NCBI GenBank assembly: GCA_032161105.1
Contig: JAVHTD010000020.1
DNA from: Candidatus Thermosaccharophagus tengchongensis
Lineage (GTDB): Bacteria > Armatimonadota > Fervidibacteria > Fervidibacterales > Thermosaccharophagaceae
DNA: 44,755 nt
Strand: one strand, 5' to 3'
The notes under the pieces are model-generated. The model made no database searches. It saw nothing but the letters and a program-made list of their open reading frames with translations, and had not been told where the DNA came from. This document shows, piece after piece, positions 27,068-36,208 of this stretch. Position 1 is the stretch's first letter; each line of letters begins with the position of its first letter. The translations under genes and the position numbers were made by a program.

Positions 27068-27779
27068 TCCGGAGCGCAAGAAGAAGCTTAACGAGCTCAT
27101 GCAACGCCTCGGAGTGAGATTGAAGAGGCTGACCTTGCTTGAGGAAGCATTGACTCATCCATCGTATTGTGTTGAGCATCCGCAGCTGAGTGTGCGTTCA
27201 AATCAACAACTTGAGTTCCTCGGAGACAGTGTTCTCGGTCTCATCGTCACCCACCACCTTTACATCCATTATCCGAATTTGCCCGAGGGCGAACTGGCAA
27301 AGATAAAGGCTGCGGTGGTGAGCGAGCGTGTGCTTGCACAGGTGGCGGACAAAATCGCGCTCGGAGATTATTTGCTCCTCGGTAGGGGAGAGGAGCGTGC
27401 TGGTGGACGGAAGCGCCCTTCAATCCTTGCTGATGCACTTGAGGCAGTCATAGGAGCTATATTCGTTGAGAGGGGCTTGAAAGCAGCCGCAAAGGTCATC
27501 ATGCCATTTCTCAGTGAGCATATTGAACTCATACGGAGCAAGCACATCATGTTTGACTACAAGAGCCATCTTCAAGAACTGACGCAGCGACACTTCCGTT
27601 CTACGCCACAATACATAGTCGTATCAGAGCTCGGTCCGAATCACATGAAGACATTCGTTGTCGCCGTCTGCGTCGGTCAAAAGCGCATTGCTACAGGCAT
27701 GGGTAGGAGCAAGAAGGAAGCGGAACAAGCTGCAGCTCGTATCGCCATTGAGAAGCTCACGAAGCGCCTGAGCAGGTGA
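27042..27779 (+). CDS. rnc: Ribonuclease III
   Basis: ALTHPSY, LEFLGDSVL, EGELAK, ADALEAVIGA and a dsRBD (DYKSHLQE...GRSKKEAEQAAA). ATG 27042 follows GAGGTG. Confidence 0.95.
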   Translation: MELRRARIDPERKKKLNELMQRLGVRLKRLTLLEEALTHPSYCVEHPQLSVRSNQQLEFLGDSVLGLIVTHHLYIHYPNLPEGELAKIKAAVVSERVLAQVADKIALGDYLLLGRGEERAGGRKRPSILADALEAVIGAIFVERGLKAAAKVIMPFLSEHIELIRSKHIMFDYKSHLQELTQRHFRSTPQYIVVSELGPNHMKTFVVAVCVGQKRIATGMGRSKKEAEQAAARIAIEKLTKRLSR

Positions 27780-27830
27780 GCTTGTTTCCCTAACACACGC
27801 TTACAGGCAGCCACCCTCAATCGCAGCCAT

Positions 27831-29189
27831 TCAATGGCTGTGACATTGCGGCTGATTTGATGCCCCCATATCACCATCAACGAGCTCTCCACTGTAGCCC
27901 CAAAGGTATGCCTTGGTGAGCTTCACATTTACGAACTCGCCGCGCAGTTTGATATCCCCATCCAACACCACGACTTTGTTCGTCCGAGTCCTTCCGGAGA
28001 GCTTCGTCCTGTCCTTCTCACTCTCACCCTCAATGAGCACCTCAACGACCCTCCCAATATCCCTCTCGTTTTTACGCTGCTGAATCTCGTTTTGCAGCGC
28101 TATCAACTCCCTTAATCTGCGCAGCTTAACATCAACTGGGACTTGCTCTGGCATGCTTGCAGCTAAAGTGTTTGGGCGCGGTGAATACGCAAACATGAAT
28201 GCTTGATCAAACTCAACCCTCTCCATCAGCTTGAGCGTGTTTTGAAAGTGCTCCTCGCGCTCGCCCGGGAAGCCAACCATGACATCAGTGGCAATTGCTA
28301 TCTCGGGGACGCGCTCACGCAACCTCTCAATCACCCGCAAATACTGCTCAACCGTGTAGCCGCGCCGCATCAGCTTGAGAATGTAGTTATCCCCAGATTG
28401 CACCGGAATGTGTATTGACTCGCAGACGCTTTCAAGATCAGCTATAGCGCTGATCAACTCATCCGTCACATACAGCGGATAGTTTGTCGTGAAGCGCACC
28501 CGCACCTTTCTTTTCGCCGCCATCTCATCAATCCGCCTAAGCAACCATGCGAGTGTCACCCTTTCACCCTTCAAGTCATGCCCGTAGGCATCCACATTCT
28601 GCCCGAGCAGAATAACCTCCTTATAGCCGCCGTCAATCAACTCGCTGACTTGCCTGAGGACAATTTCCGGTGGGACGCTCCACTGTGTCCCCCTTGCCGT
28701 TGGGACAACGCAGAATGTGCATTGCCTATTGCATCCATGAATGATGGTCACATATGCGCTTATATCGCTTCGCCGCTTCACGAGGAGTGGTGGTTGCGGC
28801 AACTCAGTTAGGTCTCGCCATTCAACTTGGCGTGAATCTTTGATTGCTCGTTCTATGAGCTCCGGGAGGTGATGCAAATTCCTCGGACCTACAAGCAGGT
28901 CAACGAATGGAGCGCGCTGCTTTATCAGCTCGGCATCGCGCTGTGCCATGCATCCGCAAACTCCTATGAGCATTTTCGGGTTGCGTTGTTTTAACCTTCG
29001 CAGCTGTCCGAGATATGAAAATGCCTTCTCAACCGGCTTTGAGCGCACGGTGCAAGTGTTGATGAGCACGATGTCGGCATCCTCCATTGACTGCGCTGGA
29101 GAGTATCCCATGCTTTCAAGTAAGCCAGCCATAATCTCGGAATCGTGCACATTCATTTGGCAGCCAAATGTGATGATGTAGTAGCGCAT
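27831..29189 (-). CDS. miaB: tRNA-2-methylthio-N6-dimethylallyladenosine synthase
   Basis: TFGCQMNVHDSE, radical SAM motif CNRQCTFC, LGQNV, PVQSG, VGFPGE, YSPRP and a TRAM domain. Confidence 0.95.
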   Translation of the reverse strand: MRYYIITFGCQMNVHDSEIMAGLLESMGYSPAQSMEDADIVLINTCTVRSKPVEKAFSYLGQLRRLKQRNPKMLIGVCGCMAQRDAELIKQRAPFVDLLVGPRNLHHLPELIERAIKDSRQVEWRDLTELPQPPLLVKRRSDISAYVTIIHGCNRQCTFCVVPTARGTQWSVPPEIVLRQVSELIDGGYKEVILLGQNVDAYGHDLKGERVTLAWLLRRIDEMAAKRKVRVRFTTNYPLYVTDELISAIADLESVCESIHIPVQSGDNYILKLMRRGYTVEQYLRVIERLRERVPEIAIATDVMVGFPGEREEHFQNTLKLMERVEFDQAFMFAYSPRPNTLAASMPEQVPVDVKLRRLRELIALQNEIQQRKNERDIGRVVEVLIEGESEKDRTKLSGRTRTNKVVVLDGDIKLRGEFVNVKLTKAYLWGYSGELVDGDMGASNQPQCHSH

Positions 29190-29373
29190 AACCGAGACTC
29201 ACCCTCGTGCAGCGTTTGGAATGCACATGAAATTTGTTGCCTCTTCAAACCCATGGTGCTTACACGACAAGAATTCCAAGGGATTCATAGACGAGGTTGC
29301 TCCTGCCAAATGAAAATGTTGCCTCACATTCAGCGTAGCGCATGTAGGCGAAAAAGGGCGTTGAAAGCGTGGA

Positions 29374-30099
29374 TCACTGGATGTCCCTACCGCCAACGCC
29401 GCCACTCGTCAGGTTAATGTCTGGATAGCCATTAACAGCCGGCAGGACTTGTGTGGCGCGAAGATATTTCACATGCCCGTCTACGAATAGGCAATTCCCT
29501 CCGCCTTCCCAGTCCCACCAACCCTTGTCGTTTTCAACTGGCTCGTGGTTTGAAAGCCATTCAGCGAAAACAGCCTTGTGAGATGGATACCTTACCTGAG
29601 CAAGGTATTGGGTCACATTTGGATGCGGGTAGTTGCATGGGTCACGCTTATACAGGTCTTCCGTTGTCATCTGTTCAATTTGCTCAGGGCTGTGATAGAA
29701 TGCAGCTGAATAGCCGTAGGATGTTGAGTCCCACTTTTTCGGCGCGACATCATCGCTTGGGCATAGCAATATACCGGGCACACCACTCGTTGCCATTAGC
29801 GGATTGCCACTGTGCTTTTGGAGCAATCCCAAATACGGCATCAATAGCCAGCGCCAGTATCGTCCCCACCAGAGGTATGGATTCCCATCATTCGGGAAAG
29901 CTTCATCGCAGTCCTGCACATACATCATCAACGCCACGCCTATCTGGCGAAGGTTAAATGCGCACACTGCTTTTCTTGATTGCTCCCGTGCCTTCGCCAG
30001 TGCAGGGAAGAGCAAAGCCGCAAGTAAACTAACGATAGCCAACACCACTAACAGTTCAACGAGCGTGAGGGCAACCCATACCCTCCGGCGCAAGTCCAT
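29374..30099 (-). CDS. Prepilin-type N-terminal/DUF1559 protein with C-terminal DGH processing-associated motif
   Basis: LTLVELLVVLAIVSLLAALLFPALAKAREQSRKAVCAFNLRQIG, CPSD, SYGY and H...GNCLFVDGHVK. ATG 30099 follows GGAGGG. Confidence 0.9.
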   Translation of the reverse strand: MDLRRRVWVALTLVELLVVLAIVSLLAALLFPALAKAREQSRKAVCAFNLRQIGVALMMYVQDCDEAFPNDGNPYLWWGRYWRWLLMPYLGLLQKHSGNPLMATSGVPGILLCPSDDVAPKKWDSTSYGYSAAFYHSPEQIEQMTTEDLYKRDPCNYPHPNVTQYLAQVRYPSHKAVFAEWLSNHEPVENDKGWWDWEGGGNCLFVDGHVKYLRATQVLPAVNGYPDINLTSGGVGGRDIQ

Positions 30100-30213
30100 T
30101 AACCGTCCCTCCGTTTTAAAATGCAAGTTGAGTGGTGCTGTAAATGATCTGGGCTGTCACAAGCAATGTAACGCGCGGAACATTCGCTAATTCTACACTG
30201 TGGGGTGACGGGG

Positions 30214-30861
30214 ATGTTTTATCGCAAGTTGTCCACAGGTGTTGGGCTGGCTTTGCTGGGTTCAATTGCGATGTGCCAGGGGTGGACGGACATCTTCTTC
30301 ACGGGCTCTCCAAGAAGTCACATGATGAGTGTATCCGGGACATCGGTCAACGGCATCGTGACTGTGTTCCGAAGCGGGAATTTAGCTGTTGCACATGTTG
30401 ACTTTTCCATCAGACCGGATTTCATGTCACCGCCAAAGAGGGTCTCAGGGTCTATCACCACATGGTCACACGGGGCATATCGCATGAGCGATATAAACCT
30501 ATCAGTGCGTCATCCATACTCCCTTCCCACCGAGAAGATTCACGGTGTGGTCAACTCGTGGTCTTCAAACTCGTTCCGATATAGCGATATGGACCTGACA
30601 ATACATCGTCCGCTGTCGCCACCGAAAAAGGTATCTGGGGTAGTGAACAGCTGGTCATCGGGGAATATGCTCTATGGCGAGTTTGACCTATCACTTCGTG
30701 AGCCATTTCTGCTCACGTCACAGAGGCTTAGCGGGAATTTCAACATATGGTCATCCGGTAATGCGACCTTTGCTACAATTGTGCCTCGTTCATGGGCGAT
30801 GAATTATCCAGTGATGCCTCAACAGTCATTAAAACTTCACCGACAGTCTCTGGAGCGGTAA
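30214..30861 (+). CDS. Secreted hypothetical protein with ~32-aa beta-rich tandem repeats
   Basis: Signal-peptide-like N-terminus (MFYRKLSTGVGLALLGSIAMC) and about 4.5 repeats containing G..N/T-S/T-WS. GGGGTGA RBS. Confidence 0.75.
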   Translation: MFYRKLSTGVGLALLGSIAMCQGWTDIFFTGSPRSHMMSVSGTSVNGIVTVFRSGNLAVAHVDFSIRPDFMSPPKRVSGSITTWSHGAYRMSDINLSVRHPYSLPTEKIHGVVNSWSSNSFRYSDMDLTIHRPLSPPKKVSGVVNSWSSGNMLYGEFDLSLREPFLLTSQRLSGNFNIWSSGNATFATIVPRSWAMNYPVMPQQSLKLHRQSLER

Positions 30862-30977
30862 CGGGCCGGGCTGTGCGCACAATTTATCCAACCGCTTGAG
30901 CACCGACAAAAACTCCCGATGGTTTCCGTGAGGCGTTGGAAATCGGCTATTGTGCAGTGTAATCATCCAATGGCGAG

Positions 30978-31901
30978 GTGTTTCCTGTGAAGGCTGAATG
31001 GGTGGCGCTATGGCTTTCCGACGGCATGACTGTGAGGCTCTTCCATAAGCTTGCGAGCGCATTTGGCGGCGTTGAAAACGCGCTATCGGCACGCATGGAG
31101 GAGTTAATTGAAGCTGGGGCGACAGTTAACACAGCCAAGAGCATTTGCATGCGCTGCGAGCAGCTTCACGAGATTGAGAGAATGCTTAACGAACTCAGCG
31201 ATATGGATGTGGCAGTGATAACGCTTTGCGATGAGGCATATCCATTCAACCTCCGCCTAATTGATGATGCGCCGCCGGTCATATTCGTGCGCGGGCAAAT
31301 CCTGCCATCCGATGAGCGCGCTATAGCTATCGTTGGCTCACGAATGGCTACACACGATGGGCTAAGCTTGGCGAGGCGACTTGCGACAGCCTTTGCCAAG
31401 GGTGGTTGGACTGTCGTCAGCGGGCTTGCCTCGGGGATAGACACTGAGGCGCACATTGGCGCAATGGATGCCGGCGGAAGGACAATAGCCGCACTCGGCT
31501 CTGGAATACTTGTCCCTGAGAATCCGCAACTTGCCTTGCGGATTGAGAAGGGCGGAGCATTGCTCTCCGAGCTTCATCCGACTGCGAGTGTGTCCGTAAG
31601 AAATTGGCTCGCAAGAAATAGGCTTGTCACTGGGCTGTCGGTTGGAACGCTCATGATTGAGGGGGCTGAAAAGAGCGGCAGCGTGCATGCAGCTACAACG
31701 GCTTTGAGACAGGGCAGATTGCTTTTCGTCGTGTCATGGGATGACGATGTCCAAGTGCACATCGGCAACAAGCTATTGAAGGAGAGAGCTACTCTCTCAA
31801 TCCCGCCTGATGAAAGCGCCGTTGAAAAGATGTGCGAGCTGATGGAACGGCATATTCAGGCAATGCGAAGCTCATGCGGGAGCGATCTCATATCCCAATA
31901 A
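30978..31901 (+). CDS. dprA: DNA-processing protein DprA
   Basis: YPFNLRLIDDAPPVIFVRG, AIVGSR, VSGLASGIDTEAH, RNRLVTGLS and KSGS. Confidence 0.88.
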   Translation: MFPVKAEWVALWLSDGMTVRLFHKLASAFGGVENALSARMEELIEAGATVNTAKSICMRCEQLHEIERMLNELSDMDVAVITLCDEAYPFNLRLIDDAPPVIFVRGQILPSDERAIAIVGSRMATHDGLSLARRLATAFAKGGWTVVSGLASGIDTEAHIGAMDAGGRTIAALGSGILVPENPQLALRIEKGGALLSELHPTASVSVRNWLARNRLVTGLSVGTLMIEGAEKSGSVHAATTALRQGRLLFVVSWDDDVQVHIGNKLLKERATLSIPPDESAVEKMCELMERHIQAMRSSCGSDLISQ

Positions 31902-31923
31902 TGCGATCGGCTTAAACCTCACG

Positions 31924-33003
31924 GTGATGGCGATGTTGAAGGACGAAACCATCATTTGGAGGATGGCATATGAGTGCGTGAATAAGCATCTTCCGTGTGC
32001 GCTTGCAATCGTCATTGAAGCAGTCGGCTCAGCACCACAAAGGTGCGGGGCAAAGCTGCTCGTGCTTGAAGATGGCTCTGCTATGGGAACAGTCGGTGGT
32101 GGGATGGTTGAGGCACAGGCAATTGAAGCGGCAAAGGAATGCATGAACATGCGGAGTTCATGCGTTCTCATTCCGCACACCTCAGCGGTGGGAGAAAAGC
32201 AGGCGCTGCATTGTGGCGGTAGGATGAGCATCTTAATTGATGGCTGCCTTGAGAAGCATTCAGATGCCATACGAATGCTCATTGAAACCATGGATGAGAG
32301 GGGCAAAGGCTATCTCGCCGTGCACATGTCATTTGAGGGCGCTGAGCTGGTTAATCACATGTGGGTGTTCATAAAGCCGCACATGGGCGATTACCTTTGC
32401 ATCGGCGATGAAGGAGCTACAGGTGAGGGGCTTTGCGAGCTTCTGACTGTGATCCGTTCAGCCGGCGAGAATATAGCAAGACCATATCTTGAGCGCCCTT
32501 TGGAGGGCAGGTGGGTTTATGTTGAACCTATAGCACCGCCATTAAAGCTTGTCGTGGTGGGTGCCGGGCATGTTGGAAAATGCGTCGCTCAAATTGGCTC
32601 GCTGGTTGGTCTTGAGGTTATCGTCGTTGATGACAGGGCTGAATTTGCATGCGAGGACAATCTCCCGTTTGCCGACGCCATCATCTGCGACGATATCGTC
32701 AACGCGCTGAATTCGCTCAGCATTGACGAGCGCACATTCGTTGTTATTGTGGCACGCAGCCATGAGCTTGATGAAAGAGCACTTGAAGCCTGCCTCAATA
32801 CGAAGGCGGGATACATCGGCATGATGGGGAGCAGGCTTAAGGTGAGGCGAATCTTCAACTCACTGCTCGCAAAAGGCATTGAGGAACGGCAACTTGAAAG
32901 GGTTCGTGCTCCAGTTGGGATGCGAATTGGCGCTGTCACACCGATGGAACTCGCAGTCAGCATCATTGCGGAAGTGATCGCATCGTATCGCGGCGCGCTT
33001 TAG
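31924..33003 (+). CDS. XdhC/CoxI family molybdoenzyme maturation factor
   Basis: GSAPQRCGAK, GTVGGG, CGG, GAGHVG, DDR, YIGMMGS and APVGMRIGAVTPMELAVSI. Confidence 0.92.
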   Translation: MMAMLKDETIIWRMAYECVNKHLPCALAIVIEAVGSAPQRCGAKLLVLEDGSAMGTVGGGMVEAQAIEAAKECMNMRSSCVLIPHTSAVGEKQALHCGGRMSILIDGCLEKHSDAIRMLIETMDERGKGYLAVHMSFEGAELVNHMWVFIKPHMGDYLCIGDEGATGEGLCELLTVIRSAGENIARPYLERPLEGRWVYVEPIAPPLKLVVVGAGHVGKCVAQIGSLVGLEVIVVDDRAEFACEDNLPFADAIICDDIVNALNSLSIDERTFVVIVARSHELDERALEACLNTKAGYIGMMGSRLKVRRIFNSLLAKGIEERQLERVRAPVGMRIGAVTPMELAVSIIAEVIASYRGAL

Positions 33004-33011
33004 ATGGCTAC

Positions 33012-34046
33012 TCAGATGTTGATTGTCACCAAGTGTAGCTTCTTCGGATCTGCTATTCCCAAACCGAGTTTTGCTGCAGTCGCAATGTGCCTTGCCGGAC
33101 GCCCAACTCGCTCAAGCGATGGCAGCCCAACTTCCTTTCGCCGTTCTTCAATGATGCGCAGCGCAACGGCATCGTGAGCTACCGGATCGCAGCTCAATAT
33201 TATGCCGCCATACACCCAGCGGAATTGTGGTCTATCCTGCGGTCCGCCCTCACACAGCGGTCTGAGCGCATCTCCAATGATGAGGCGTGTTTTACGCCTG
33301 ATGGGAGCGAAGGAATTCAGGTGGGCTATATATGGGTCACATCCGTTGGCGTGATGTGCAGCCGGATTGTCTATGCTGCCGTAGTGGTTTTTCAGCGCCC
33401 CTGTAATCCCCGCGATGTTGTGGTCTTTAAGTATGGGCATGTTGATGATGGCATCCACATATTGCGTGATGATGCGCGTCACACGCCCGCAAAATGCACC
33501 TTGCTTCACGACATCGCCGAATGTCTCTTGAACATTGAAAACGCGGACACCTGGACCTTTCGGCTTAACTTCAAACCCGCAGTTCCGTATGAAACTCGGG
33601 TTTTGATCCCACAGGTAAATGTTCTCCGCTTTTACACCGATGCCGGTCAAGCGCTCTATGCACACTTCAATTAACTCCCTTGATGTTGAGCATGTTGGAC
33701 CGCCGAGACCGTTCGGCTTAATCCCGATGCGCTCGTCTGAGCTGAATAATTTCTCCCATGCGCGTTGCGGTGTTGACTCGCCGGTGAGCGCCATCATTCC
33801 CCTGTCAAGCATCTTCTCAAGCTCGTCTTTGTTCGGGCGAAGCGGCGCCTTAAATGCCAGCTTGCTCCTGACGATTATCACTTTACCCTGCGGCGGCATC
33901 TTGATAGCACCGATTGATTGCCCAACTCCCGCAAGGTATGCAATGCCACTGCTGCAGAGGCTTATAAGCTCAGCGATGAACTTGCGCCTTGATCGGATGC
34001 TGAGGATGCTTTCACCACATTGATGCTCATAATGCTTGCCCTTCAT
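33012..34046 (-). CDS. DUF362 domain protein with twin-arginine signal
   Basis: SRRKFI Tat motif, IGIKPN, INMPILKDHNIAGITGALKNHYG and SCDPVAHD. Confidence 0.85.
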   Translation of the reverse strand: MKGKHYEHQCGESILSIRSRRKFIAELISLCSSGIAYLAGVGQSIGAIKMPPQGKVIIVRSKLAFKAPLRPNKDELEKMLDRGMMALTGESTPQRAWEKLFSSDERIGIKPNGLGGPTCSTSRELIEVCIERLTGIGVKAENIYLWDQNPSFIRNCGFEVKPKGPGVRVFNVQETFGDVVKQGAFCGRVTRIITQYVDAIINMPILKDHNIAGITGALKNHYGSIDNPAAHHANGCDPYIAHLNSFAPIRRKTRLIIGDALRPLCEGGPQDRPQFRWVYGGIILSCDPVAHDAVALRIIEERRKEVGLPSLERVGRPARHIATAAKLGLGIADPKKLHLVTINI

Positions 34047-34099
34047 GGAAGCTTCCCCCTGCAATTGTGCTAATCTGGATTGTGCGTTCCACTGCCTAC

Positions 34100-34128
34100 A
34101 TTGTAGGGTTCAATTAGGCTGATGCCAA
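34100..34128 (-). promoter_or_regulatory. Sigma-70-type promoter for the DUF362 gene, overlapped by a palindrome
   Basis: Minus strand TTGGCA-N17-TACAAT. The palindrome CCTACA-T-TGTAGG (34095-34107) covers the -10. Confidence 0.5.
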
Positions 34129-34230
34129 GGCACTATCACCTGTAGTGTGACGCAGTGCGCGACCATTTACAACTCTGTGTGTGCGCTTAATGAGCAAAAG
34201 GCAGGCTCACCCTGAGAGGTGTTGCAAGGC

Positions 34231-35181
34231 ATGGGCGAAGCACCAATGAAGGAAGCGCAATATGGAAGTTCCCTTAAGGTGAAGCTCGGGATCAATTGCG
34301 GCTTTGCAATCAATCGCTTTCCCGAACCGGATGTATGGGCTCGCATAGTTGGCGAGATTCTCAAGGTGCGCTACTGTCAATTCGTCGCCGACTTGCTCAA
34401 CCCATTCTGGGATGAGGAAGTCTTGCTTGACCAACTTGCGAAGGTTAAAGAGGCAACGCAGCGCCACGGAGTTGTAATTGAGACAACTTTCACGAGCGCC
34501 TTCACGAGAGTTAATCATCTCCTTCATCCCGACCCTTTGATGCGCCGCATGTGGTTCAATTGGTTTAAGCGCTTCTTCAAGCTGAGCAAGGAGCTTGGCG
34601 CAATCGGCAGCGGAAGCCACTTCGGCATCATGTCAGTTAGGGATTGTTCCGACCCGAAGAGGTATGTAGAGATGATGCGCGAAGGGGTGAAGTTGTGGCA
34701 GGAGCTGACGAAAGTAGCAAACGACTGTGGGTTGAAGTTTCTCATGTTTGAGCCGATGTCTATCCCAAGGGAAATGGGCGAGACAATCGCGAAGGCGAGG
34801 ATGCTTTACGAGGCAGTGAATGAGAATGCCGCTGTGCCTTTCCTGATGTGCTTAGATGTTGATCACGGTGATGTGCTCTCCGAAGACCCGCGCGATACAG
34901 ATCCTTATGCATGGCTTGAGGAGTTCGGCAGCGTTGCTCCGGTTGTGCACATAAAGCAAAGCCTTCGGGACAAAAGCGGGCATTGGCCATTTACCGAGGA
35001 GTATAACCGTAAGGGCATAATACACCCAAAGCCGGTCATTGAGGCACTCAGGCGCTCTGGGGCAAAGGAAGTCACATTGACGCTTGAGATATCACATCGG
35101 GAGCGCCGACCATTTGAGGACAGAGTTTTGGATGACCTTGTTGAATCGGTTCGCTACTGGCGTGCCTATGTGAAGGAGTGA
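34231..35181 (+). CDS. EryC-like (D-erythrulose-1-phosphate 3-epimerase family) TIM-barrel epimerase
   Basis: Motifs match recalled Brucella EryC: NRF.EP, R.NH..HPD, EPMSI.RE.GETI, D.DHGDV.S, DPYAW, HIKQSL.DK.GH.PFT and LE.S..ER.P. Confidence 0.8.
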   Translation: MGEAPMKEAQYGSSLKVKLGINCGFAINRFPEPDVWARIVGEILKVRYCQFVADLLNPFWDEEVLLDQLAKVKEATQRHGVVIETTFTSAFTRVNHLLHPDPLMRRMWFNWFKRFFKLSKELGAIGSGSHFGIMSVRDCSDPKRYVEMMREGVKLWQELTKVANDCGLKFLMFEPMSIPREMGETIAKARMLYEAVNENAAVPFLMCLDVDHGDVLSEDPRDTDPYAWLEEFGSVAPVVHIKQSLRDKSGHWPFTEEYNRKGIIHPKPVIEALRRSGAKEVTLTLEISHRERRPFEDRVLDDLVESVRYWRAYVKE

Positions 35182-36200
35182 TAGCCGTGAAGGCTTTTGT
35201 TCTTCACGCTCCGGGTGAGTTTGATGTGCGTGAAGTTGCAACTCCAACTCCGGGGTGTGGTGAGGCTCTCATCCGTGTTGTGGCGTGTGGAATATGCGGC
35301 TCCGATATACCGAGGGTGATGGAAACAGGTGCATATCGGCACCCGATAATACCGGGGCACGAATTAGCCGGGTATGTGGACGGTGTAGGTGAGGGCGTTG
35401 ATGAAGCCCTCATTGGGGAGGCAGTGGCAGTCTACCCGCTTATACCTTGCGGAAGGTGCAAGCAATGTGCGGAGGGCATGTTCAACTTGTGCGAGAGTTA
35501 CGACTATCTCGGTTCAAGAAGAGATGGCGGCTTCGCCGAATTTGTGGCTGCGCCAGCGAGCAATCTTGTGCCGATACCAGATGGAGTGAGCGTTGAACAC
35601 GCAGCGCTTTGCGAACCGGCTGCGGTTGCGTTACATGGGCTTACGAGAGTTGGGCTGAGCAGCGGTGAGAGCGTCCTTGTTTTCGGTGCCGGCGCGATCG
35701 GCTTGCTCGTCTGCCAAATAGCCAAGTTAATGGGCTCGCAAGATGTGTTCGTCTTTGATGTGGTCAGTTGGAAGATGGAGCTCGCCGAGAGAAATGGGTG
35801 GGCAAGAGGCATAAGCGAGGCTGAGGTTGCTAAGGGCTCGCTTAAGGGGATTGACATCGTCGTTGATGCGGTTGGTGCGCCGAGCATTTTCCAGATGGCA
35901 ATTAAGGTCGCCGGAAAGCGAAGCCGAATACTACTAATTGGCAATCCGCATGGTGATGTGACCGTTGAGAGGGCGCTCCTTTCAAAGGTGCTTAGAAGTG
36001 AACTTTCCCTTGTTGGGACTTGGAATTCACTTTGCGAACCAGAATGGCGCACAGTGTTGAACTGGATGGCGCACGGCGATTTAGTCATTGAGCCTTTAAT
36101 CACACACAGGGTGAAGTTGGAGGAACTGCCGAAGACATTCGTTGAGCTGAGTTCGGGGGAGCTGCGGGCAATTAAAGCACTCGTCATGTGTTCTCTGTAG
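35178..36200 (+). CDS. Zinc-dependent polyol(-phosphate) dehydrogenase (galactitol-1-phosphate dehydrogenase-like)
   Basis: CGICGSD, GHE, structural Zn CGRCKQC...C, GAGAIG and GTWNS. Confidence 0.85.
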   Translation: MIAVKAFVLHAPGEFDVREVATPTPGCGEALIRVVACGICGSDIPRVMETGAYRHPIIPGHELAGYVDGVGEGVDEALIGEAVAVYPLIPCGRCKQCAEGMFNLCESYDYLGSRRDGGFAEFVAAPASNLVPIPDGVSVEHAALCEPAAVALHGLTRVGLSSGESVLVFGAGAIGLLVCQIAKLMGSQDVFVFDVVSWKMELAERNGWARGISEAEVAKGSLKGIDIVVDAVGAPSIFQMAIKVAGKRSRILLIGNPHGDVTVERALLSKVLRSELSLVGTWNSLCEPEWRTVLNWMAHGDLVIEPLITHRVKLEELPKTFVELSSGELRAIKALVMCSL

Positions 36201-36208
36201 GGGGTGAG

